Source of the DNA: an uncultured Candidatus Rokubacteria bacterium
GTDB taxonomy: Bacteria; Methylomirabilota; Methylomirabilia; Rokubacteriales; DASRDR01
Length of the DNA stretch: 64,000 bases
Assembly (NCBI GenBank): GCA_963826115.1
Contig: CAWGVS010000006.1
Span: 352,001-416,000, forward strand
Direction of reading: 5' to 3'
A program made the position numbers and the translations under genes. Under the pieces are notes generated by a model. The model saw nothing but the letters and a program-made list of their open reading frames with translations. It was not told the DNA's origin and did not search any database. Positions 38,568 through 45,625 of the stretch are shown here, in pieces (position 1 is the first letter of the stretch; each line of letters begins with the position of its first letter).

Positions 38568-38606
38568 ACCGTGGAACTGGCGGGCCTTTTGGCTTGTTTC
38601 CACGGT
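38568..38606. promoter_or_regulatory. Inverted repeat, candidate upstream activator sequence
   Basis: ACCGTGGAA (38568-38576) / TTCCACGGT (38598-38606), about 55-90 bp upstream of the -24 box. Confidence 0.4.
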
Positions 38607-38659
38607 GCGCGTCACGGTTGGTCGTGAAGGAACGTGCGCTCGCAAACTTGCTATTGCCC

Positions 38660-38675
38660 TGGCACCTGGATTGCT
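38660..38675 (+). promoter_or_regulatory. Sigma54 (-24/-12) promoter of the polysaccharide operon
   Basis: Consensus match TGGCAC-CTGGA-TTGCT, divergent from a sigma54 activator gene. Confidence 0.8.
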
Positions 38676-38749
38676 GTATCGTGGCGGGACTTCAGGAATC
38701 ACCACTGTCGTTGGCGGGCCACAGGCCCGAGGATTGGGGGAAGCGGAAT

Positions 38750-39301
38750 ATGACGCGTAGGGTGCTCATCGCGTTGCTCGGCGCACTCATCGTGGCCGTC
38801 GGAACATCCACTTGGGCCGCAACCGAGGACGAGAAGCGGATCATCAACGGGCCGAGCAAGACCTCGTTCGGTGGCTTGGAGCTGGTGCTCGGGCAGGGCT
38901 CGTCGGCCGAGACGTCTTTCCAGCCCGACGCGAGCAAGCTGATGGTGAAGACCCTCGTCGGCGAGGCACGCATCGTCACGTCGGCCAAGAACCTGATCCT
39001 GGTGGAGAGCAGCGAGGGTCGCATCGAGATCCTCCTGCCCAACGGGCGGGTCATCGTCGTGGAGCCGGGCAAGGCGGAGATCGTCGGCCGGGCGCTCGTG
39101 GACGACCCAGGAAACATCACGATCCGGCTCTCCGGGACCGGTCCGGTCGCGCAGGGGCCGGGGGGCCTGCCACCGTCGATCACGACGACCATAGTCAGCG
39201 TGCAGGTGATCCTGTCCGTCCAGCCGTCGATCATCGACCCGCTGGAGCCGCTCCAGAACTCCGTTCGCGGGGCCACCACCTCGCCGACGACCAACCCCTA
39301 G
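38750..39301 (+). CDS. Secreted hypothetical protein with FecR-like beta-rich core and Pro/Ser/Thr-rich tail
   Basis: Signal peptide ending TWA-A; VKTLVGEARI...VESSEGRIEI...VVEPGK; tail GATTSPTTNP. Confidence 0.6.
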   Translation: MTRRVLIALLGALIVAVGTSTWAATEDEKRIINGPSKTSFGGLELVLGQGSSAETSFQPDASKLMVKTLVGEARIVTSAKNLILVESSEGRIEILLPNGRVIVVEPGKAEIVGRALVDDPGNITIRLSGTGPVAQGPGGLPPSITTTIVSVQVILSVQPSIIDPLEPLQNSVRGATTSPTTNP

Positions 39302-39350
39302 CAGTCTGACCTGAGGACCCTCACCGGGTCCCTCGTTACGAATACAACCC

Positions 39351-39390
39351 GCGTCGCCGCCGCTCGGAGAGTATCCGGGGGCGGCGACGC
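39351..39390. repeat. Long GC-rich hairpin between the first and second genes of the operon
   Basis: GCGTCGCCGCC (39351-39361) / GGCGGCGACGC (39380-39390) plus an inner CTCGGA/TCCGGG stem. Confidence 0.6.
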
Positions 39391-39412
39391 TTCGTCGCTC
39401 AAGGAGGGGCGC

Positions 39413-40603
39413 ATGCGCCACTTGCGTGCTCCGGCGATGTGGTCCGGGTTGGTCCTCCTCGCGGTGCTGGGATTCGTCGGATCGGCGTCGGCTCAAGGTC
39501 TCCAGCTCGGCCCCTTCCGTCTGCTGCCGTCGCTCGAGCTCTCCGTCGAGTACGACGACAACATCCTCTTGACCCGAGACGACAAGATCGACGACATCAT
39601 CTTCCACATCACCCCCGGCATCCTCCTCGAGCTACCGTCCCGGAAGTACGCGATCCGTCTCGGGTATCAGGCCGACGTCCTGCAGTACGTGGACAACACC
39701 GACCTCAATACCATCCATCACGCGATGCTGGCCGACGCCCGCGTGGGCTTCAACATGGGCCTGGGCCTCCGGCTGACGGACCGCTTCCTGATCACCGACG
39801 AGTTCTCCGGCTTCCCCGTCCCGGAGCTGACGCAGCGGGTGGATCGGTGGGAGAACACCCTCGACGTCGGGATGGACTACACGATCCGTGAGCGGTTTAC
39901 GCTGGACGTCGGCTATCGCTGGTTCATGGTCGACTACAGGGACGATCCCGAATTCGATCAGTTCGACCGGGACGACCACACGATTACCGGGACGCTCTTC
40001 TACCGGGTCCTTCCGAAGACGTCGGTCCTCGGCGAGGTCGAGTACAACATGGTCCGGTACGACATCCCGTCGGTCGCCGCCGACCGCGATTCGGACGCTT
40101 GGCGCTTCAAGGTCGGCCTGAAGGGTGACCTCACCGCCAAGACGACCATCCTGTTGAAGGTCGGCTGGGAATGGCGGGACTACGAGAATCGGCAGGATTG
40201 GGACGGGCTCATCGCCGAGCTCAATGTCGTCTGGAAGTACCGCGAGCCCTCCGAGGTGCGTCTGTTCGCCGGCCGGGCGAACGTCGAGTCGCTGTTCGAG
40301 GGCACGAACTACTACGTCAGCACGTACGGCGGCGCCGAGGTCCGGCACTTCCTGAGCGAGCGTCTGACGCTCCGGGTTCGGGGCCTGGGCGGCGTGAACG
40401 ATTATCCGGAGGACGCCGCGCTTGGTGCGGGGTCCGCGGATCGCAGTGACGTGTTCATCGAAGCCGGCGCGGCGCTCAAGTACCAGATGCGGCGCTGGCT
40501 CGCGTTCGAGCTCGCGTACAACTTCCTGAAGCTCGACTCGAACTTCAACGAGTTCGACTACACCGACAACCGCGTGAAGGCGAGCGTTATCTTCTCGTAC
40601 TGA
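39413..40603 (+). CDS. Outer-membrane beta-barrel protein associated with polysaccharide export
   Basis: Signal peptide; YDDNI motif; alternating amphipathic strands; C-terminal aromatic residue (ASVIFSY); adjacent to OPX genes. Confidence 0.78.
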   Translation: MRHLRAPAMWSGLVLLAVLGFVGSASAQGLQLGPFRLLPSLELSVEYDDNILLTRDDKIDDIIFHITPGILLELPSRKYAIRLGYQADVLQYVDNTDLNTIHHAMLADARVGFNMGLGLRLTDRFLITDEFSGFPVPELTQRVDRWENTLDVGMDYTIRERFTLDVGYRWFMVDYRDDPEFDQFDRDDHTITGTLFYRVLPKTSVLGEVEYNMVRYDIPSVAADRDSDAWRFKVGLKGDLTAKTTILLKVGWEWRDYENRQDWDGLIAELNVVWKYREPSEVRLFAGRANVESLFEGTNYYVSTYGGAEVRHFLSERLTLRVRGLGGVNDYPEDAALGAGSADRSDVFIEAGAALKYQMRRWLAFELAYNFLKLDSNFNEFDYTDNRVKASVIFSY

Positions 40604-40644
40604 GCCGGGCAACACCCGACGCAACGCGCGGCAAGGGCTCGATC

Positions 40645-42276
40645 ATGCGTCGTCCTTCACGGCGGTATCACTGGGCGGTCCTGTCCCTCGCGCTTCTCGG
40701 CGCGCTTCTCACGGGGCTCATCCCGCCGGCCGCAGGCCAGCCTGCGCGGGCGCCTAGTCAGGACTACCGGGTCGGCCCCAAGGACGTCCTGAAGGTCACC
40801 ATCTGGGGGCACGACGACCTGTCGCGCCTCGTCGTGGTGTCCGCGGACGGGACCTTCCAGTTCCCCCTGATCGGCGACGTCCGCGTGTCCGGTCTGACGC
40901 CGGGCGCCATCGAGACCCTCCTGCGAGAGCAGCTCGAGAAGGACTACCTCGTCAACCCGCAGGTCTCGGTCAGCGTCCAGGAGTTCCGCTCCCAGCGGGT
41001 GTTCGTGCTCGGCGAGGTCGAGAAGCCCGGGACCTACGCCATGACGGGCCAGACCACGCTCCTCGACGTCCTCTCCCAGGCGGGCGGACCCGGGAAGACC
41101 GCCGGGCGGCAGGTCCTCGTGGTCCGGTTCCCGACGTCCGAGGGACCGGTGACGCCGGGGGCCGCCGGCAGCGTCGCGCTGCGCGCCAATCTCAAGCGCC
41201 TGCTGGACGGCGAGGGCAAGGAGAACATCGTCCTGCAGAACGGGGACACGGTCTTCGTCCCCAAGCTGACGTCGTTCTTCGTCCTAGGGGAGGTCCTGCG
41301 CCAGGGGGCCTACGCGATGGAGAAGGACACGTCGGCACTCGAGGCGGTGACGCTCGCTGGTGGGTTCACGGACCGGGCTGCGCCCAGCGGCGCGAGGATC
41401 CTGCGCAAGGGACCGGACGGCGCCCAGGAGACGATCGAGATCGACCTCTCCGATCCGAAGGCGCGCGAGGTGCACCTGGCGGAGGGGGACACCCTGCTCG
41501 TGCCCCGCGGCAACACCTTCTTCGTGTCGGGGGAGGTGCGGAAGCCGGGCGCCTACCAGCTCGAGAAGTCGACCACGGCGTTCGGGGCGGTGACCGTGGC
41601 CGGTGGCTTCACCGAGAAGGCGGGGCAGAGCCAGGCGAAGCTCATCCGGCGTTCGCCCACGGGCCAGGAGCAGACGGTGGTACTGGATCTGTCCGGTGCG
41701 GACCCCGCCGCGCGGGACTTCCCGCTGCGCGACGGCGACACGCTCCTCGTGCCCTCGGGGAACACTTTCTACGTGCTGGGCGAGGTGCGGAAGCCTGGCG
41801 CCTATCAGCTGGACCCGGCGACGACCGCGGTCAGCGCGATGACGCTTGCCGGCGGCTTCACCGAGAAGGCGCTGCAGTCCCAGGTCAAGCTCACCCGGCG
41901 GCTCCCGTCGGGGGTCGAGCAGACCACGTTACTCGACCTCTCGGGCGCAGACCCCAAGGCGAGGGAATTTTTCCTCAAGGATGGAGACATTCTACTCGTC
42001 CCGGTTGGGAACACCTTCTACGTGCTGGGGGAGGTGAAGAAGCCCGGGGCCTACCAGCTGGACCAGACGACCACGGCCATCCAGGGGGTCGCCATGGCGG
42101 GTGGGTTCACCGACCGGGCGGCGCCAAATCGCACGAAGATCATAAGAACTCACATAGATGGCCGTCAGGAAACGATCGTGATTGACCTCAACGAGGTGGT
42201 GAAACGAGGCCGAAAGGAGAAGGACCTCCCCCTGCTGGCCAACGACGTCCTCGTCGTACCGGAGAGTTTTTTCTAG
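40645..42276 (+). CDS. Polysaccharide export protein (OPX) with 5 SLBB domains
   Basis: Poly_export motifs YRVGPKDVL...DGTFQFPLIG...NPQVSV; five V(L/S)GEV..(P/Q)G.Y units; ends VVPESFF. Confidence 0.88.
   Translation: MRRPSRRYHWAVLSLALLGALLTGLIPPAAGQPARAPSQDYRVGPKDVLKVTIWGHDDLSRLVVVSADGTFQFPLIGDVRVSGLTPGAIETLLREQLEKDYLVNPQVSVSVQEFRSQRVFVLGEVEKPGTYAMTGQTTLLDVLSQAGGPGKTAGRQVLVVRFPTSEGPVTPGAAGSVALRANLKRLLDGEGKENIVLQNGDTVFVPKLTSFFVLGEVLRQGAYAMEKDTSALEAVTLAGGFTDRAAPSGARILRKGPDGAQETIEIDLSDPKAREVHLAEGDTLLVPRGNTFFVSGEVRKPGAYQLEKSTTAFGAVTVAGGFTEKAGQSQAKLIRRSPTGQEQTVVLDLSGADPAARDFPLRDGDTLLVPSGNTFYVLGEVRKPGAYQLDPATTAVSAMTLAGGFTEKALQSQVKLTRRLPSGVEQTTLLDLSGADPKAREFFLKDGDILLVPVGNTFYVLGEVKKPGAYQLDQTTTAIQGVAMAGGFTDRAAPNRTKIIRTHIDGRQETIVIDLNEVVKRGRKEKDLPLLANDVLVVPESFF
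41509..42255 (+). repeat. SLBB domain repeats with a 249-bp period
   Basis: GNTF(F/Y)V(S/L)GEV(R/K)KPGAYQL units start at 41509, 41758 and 42007. Confidence 0.75.
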
Positions 42277-42308
42277 GAAACTTCTCCACGCAGGCCGCCT
42301 CCCATGGC

Positions 42309-42324
42309 GGGCACGGTAATTGCT
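42309..42324 (+). promoter_or_regulatory. Internal sigma54 promoter upstream of the second OPX gene
   Basis: GGGCAC-GGTAA-TTGCT (GG-N10-GC), followed by GGGAGG RBS and GTG 42358. Confidence 0.65.
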
Positions 42325-42357
42325 CTCTACACCACCGGATTCATGAGGGAGGGTGGT

Positions 42358-43503
42358 GTGCAGATCAACAGAAACGGCAACTTCGAGCGGGTCCCGGGGC
42401 GTGTCTGGGACCTCCTCATCCTGGTAGGTGTGGTCGCCCTGATCCTTTTTGCCCGGGCTGGCTTCAGTGCGACCGGGGAGGGCTATCGGATCGGCCCGGG
42501 CGACGTCCTGAAGGTCACGGTCTGGGGTCACGACGACCTGAGCCGGCCCGTGGTGGTCCCGGCCGACGGCCGCGTGCCCTTTCCGCTGATCGGGGACGTC
42601 CAGGTTAACGGGCTCACCCCGACCGAGCTCGAGGGACGGCTCCGCGATCTCCTCGGCAAGGACTACCTCGTGGACCCGCAGGTCACGGTGTCCGTCCAGG
42701 AATACCGCTCACAGCGCGTGTTCGTCTTGGGCGAGGCCGAGAAACCCGGTACCTATCCCCTCACGGGGCGGATCACCCTGCTCGATGTCCTGTCACAGGC
42801 GGGCGGGCCGGCCAAGACCGCGAGCCGCCAGGTCGTGGTCGTGCGGGCGCCGAAGGCCGAGGCGCCCGTGACTCCCGGGACGGCGGGCACCACGACCTTC
42901 CGGGTGAACCTGACGAAGCTCCTCGACGGCATCTCCACGGAGAACCTGGTCCTGGAGAACGGCGACACGGTCTACCTGCCCAGGCAGACGAGCTTCTTCG
43001 TGCTGGGCGAGGTGAAGAAGCCGGGCGCCTACGTGCTCGACAAGGACACCTCGGCGCTCGAGGCGGTCACGCTGGCGGGCGGGTTCACCGAGCGCGCCGC
43101 CTCGACGGTGGCCAAGGTGCTCCGCCGGAAGGCGGACGGCTCCCAGGAGACGATCGCGCTCGATCTCGGCGGCAGCGACACGCGCGCCCGCGACTTCCTC
43201 CTCACCGACAATGACACGATCCTCGTGCCGACCGGCAACAGCTTCTACGTCCTGGGTGAGGTCAAGAAGCCGGGCGCCTACCAGTTGGAGCACGCGGGGA
43301 CGGCTATTGAAGGCGTGGCCCTGGCGGGCGGGTTCACGGAGCGGGCGGCGCCCAACCGCACCAAGATCATTCGGACGCACCGCGACGGCCGCCAAGAGAC
43401 AATCATGATCGACCTGAACGACATCATCAAGCGGGGCCGGAAGGAAAAGGACATCCCGCTGCTCGCGAACGATGTCGTCGTCGTGCCCGAGAGCTTCTTT
43501 TGA
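42358..43503 (+). CDS. Polysaccharide export protein (OPX) paralog with 3 SLBB domains
   Basis: YRIGPGDVL...DGRVPFPLIG...DPQVTV; three SLBB units; ends VVPESFF. Start chosen from the RBS and promoter (track gives 42304). Confidence 0.88.
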   Translation: MQINRNGNFERVPGRVWDLLILVGVVALILFARAGFSATGEGYRIGPGDVLKVTVWGHDDLSRPVVVPADGRVPFPLIGDVQVNGLTPTELEGRLRDLLGKDYLVDPQVTVSVQEYRSQRVFVLGEAEKPGTYPLTGRITLLDVLSQAGGPAKTASRQVVVVRAPKAEAPVTPGTAGTTTFRVNLTKLLDGISTENLVLENGDTVYLPRQTSFFVLGEVKKPGAYVLDKDTSALEAVTLAGGFTERAASTVAKVLRRKADGSQETIALDLGGSDTRARDFLLTDNDTILVPTGNSFYVLGEVKKPGAYQLEHAGTAIEGVALAGGFTERAAPNRTKIIRTHRDGRQETIMIDLNDIIKRGRKEKDIPLLANDVVVVPESFF

Positions 43504-43515
43504 TCGGAGGACTGG

Positions 43516-44895
43516 ATGGATCGTTCTGAGGTCTTCGAGGGTGTCCACCTGCGCGAATACATCCGGGTCATCCGGAAGCACGTCTGGCTGATCCTGGCGT
43601 GCTTCCTGGTCGTCGTGGGTGCGGTCGCGGTGGGGACCTACATGCAGCAGCCCGTGTACCGCGCCGGCGCGGTCGCGCTGATCGCGCCCGAGGCGAACCG
43701 GGTCGTCAACATCCAGGAGGTCACCCCGACCGGCGGTGACTCCCTCGAGAACTTCCAGACCCAGGTCCAGATCATTCGAAGCCGGCCGGTCATCCAGCGG
43801 GTGATCGACACCACGGACCTCCTGAATCGCAAGCCGGAGCTGGCCCGTTCGGCCGAGCCGACCGAGGCCTTCCTCCGCCGCCTGTTCGTGGATCCGGTGC
43901 GCAACACCCGGCTGGTGGAGATCCAGGTGGAGGACCCGGACCCGAAGCTCGCGGCCGAGCTGGCGAACGCCGTCGCCAGCGCGTACGTGCACCAGAACCT
44001 CGAGCTCAAGTTCAGCGCCGCGCGCGACGCGTTGACGTGGCTGACGGCCCAGGTCGGGGACCTCAAGAGCAAGGTGAACGAGTCGGAGCTCAACCTCCAG
44101 CGCTACCGCGAGCAGGCGGGCCTCATCTCCGCCGAGGAGAAGCAGAGCCTCACGACCAAGAAGCTCGGGGAGTTCAACAGCAACTACATCGAGGCCAAGG
44201 CGAAGCGTCTGGAGATGGAGTCTCGCCTGAACGAGATCCGGCGCGCGGCGCAGCAGCCCGAGATGCTCGAGTCGTCCCCGATGGTCATCAACAACCCGCT
44301 GATCCAGCGGCTGAAGGGCCAGCTCGTCGAGCTCGAGGTCCAGCGCTCGAAGCTCCTCAAGACCTTCCGGGAGAAGCACCCGGAGGTCGTCAAGGTGCAG
44401 TCGCAGATCGACGAGATCTCGCAGAAGATCCGTGAAGAAGTGAGCCGCCTCGCGATGAGCATGGAGAGCGAGTACAACTCGCTCAAGGCGCGCGAGAACG
44501 CGATGCTCCAGGCGACCAACCAGTACCGGGACGAGGCGCAGAGCCTGGCCAAGAAGGAGATCCAGTTCGGCATCCTGAAGCGGGAAGCCGACTCGAACCA
44601 GCAGCTCTACGACGTCCTGCTGAAGCGACTGAAGGAGACCGGTTTGAGCCAGGGACTCGATTCCAGCAACGTCCGAATCGTGGAGCCGGCCGTGGCCCCG
44701 ATCCGGCCCATCAAGCCGCGCAAGGCCTTGAATCTGGCGGTCGGCATCGTGCTGGGGCTCGGGACCGGCCTGGCGCTGGCGTTCTTCGTGGAGTACATGG
44801 ACGACTCGATCCGCGCGCCCGAGCACATCGAACAGACCATCGGCGTCCCGGTGTTCGCGCTGATCCCGGTGATCCCGGGCCGAGGTCGGTCATGA
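43516..44895 (+). CDS. Polysaccharide co-polymerase (Wzc N-terminal part, GumC/Wzz family)
   Basis: HLREYIRVIRK, TQVQII.SR, coiled coil, HPEVV, IVEPA..P..PIKP, EYMDDSI. Confidence 0.9.
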   Translation: MDRSEVFEGVHLREYIRVIRKHVWLILACFLVVVGAVAVGTYMQQPVYRAGAVALIAPEANRVVNIQEVTPTGGDSLENFQTQVQIIRSRPVIQRVIDTTDLLNRKPELARSAEPTEAFLRRLFVDPVRNTRLVEIQVEDPDPKLAAELANAVASAYVHQNLELKFSAARDALTWLTAQVGDLKSKVNESELNLQRYREQAGLISAEEKQSLTTKKLGEFNSNYIEAKAKRLEMESRLNEIRRAAQQPEMLESSPMVINNPLIQRLKGQLVELEVQRSKLLKTFREKHPEVVKVQSQIDEISQKIREEVSRLAMSMESEYNSLKARENAMLQATNQYRDEAQSLAKKEIQFGILKREADSNQQLYDVLLKRLKETGLSQGLDSSNVRIVEPAVAPIRPIKPRKALNLAVGIVLGLGTGLALAFFVEYMDDSIRAPEHIEQTIGVPVFALIPVIPGRGRS

Positions 44896-45617
44896 GCCGG
44901 CCCGTGGCCGGAAAGCGCGCCGAGCAGTCGCGCCTGGTCGTCCTGGACGACCCGCGCTCGTTCGTGGCCGAAGCGTACCGGGTTCTCCGGACGAACCTGC
45001 ACTACGCGAATCCTGACGCTCCCATCCGGCGCCTGCTCGTGACGAGCGCCGGTGAGGGCGAGGGCAAGTCGACGACCATCGCGAACCTGGCCGTCTGCTT
45101 CGCGCAGGCGGATCGGGCGGTCCTGCTGATCGACGCCGACCTGCGTCGGCCGGTCGTCAACACCCTGTTCCGACAGCCGGCGACGCCGGGCCTGTCCTCG
45201 TACCTGGCGGGCGACGCGTTGTTCGACGCCGTCATCCAGAAGACCGCCGTGCCGAACCTCTCCATCATCGCCAGCGGGCCCACGCCGCCGAATCCGGCGG
45301 AGCTGGTGGGCTCCCGGCGAATGCGCGAGTTGCTGGACGCGGCGGGCGAGCGCTTCGACATGGTCCTCCTCGATTCACCGCCGGTGCTCGCGGTGAGCGA
45401 CGCGGGGGCCCTCGTGCCGATGGTCGACGGGGTGCTCTTGGTCGTCGGGAGCGGCCTGGCCGCTCGCCTGGCCTTGCGGCGGGCGAAGGAGGCGATCCAG
45501 GCCGTCCAGGGGCGCATCGTGGGCGCCGTTCTCAACCGCTTCGACGCGAGCGCGCAAGGGTATCCCAAGCGCTACTACGACCGGTACGAGAACTACTACA
45601 CCAAGCGTAGTTCCTGA
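44892..45617 (+). CDS. BY-kinase (CpsD/CapB family tyrosine kinase)
   Basis: EAYRVLRTNL, TSAGEGEGKST, LIDADLRRP, DSPP; C-terminal Tyr cluster YPKRYYDRYENYY. Confidence 0.92.
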   Translation: MSRPVAGKRAEQSRLVVLDDPRSFVAEAYRVLRTNLHYANPDAPIRRLLVTSAGEGEGKSTTIANLAVCFAQADRAVLLIDADLRRPVVNTLFRQPATPGLSSYLAGDALFDAVIQKTAVPNLSIIASGPTPPNPAELVGSRRMRELLDAAGERFDMVLLDSPPVLAVSDAGALVPMVDGVLLVVGSGLAARLALRRAKEAIQAVQGRIVGAVLNRFDASAQGYPKRYYDRYENYYTKRSS

Positions 45618-45625
45618 GCGGCCAT

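Noticed and set aside
41509-42255. Regularly spaced repeats as a CRISPR array
   Set aside because: The 249-bp period corresponds to in-frame SLBB protein domains; there are no identical short repeats or cas genes.
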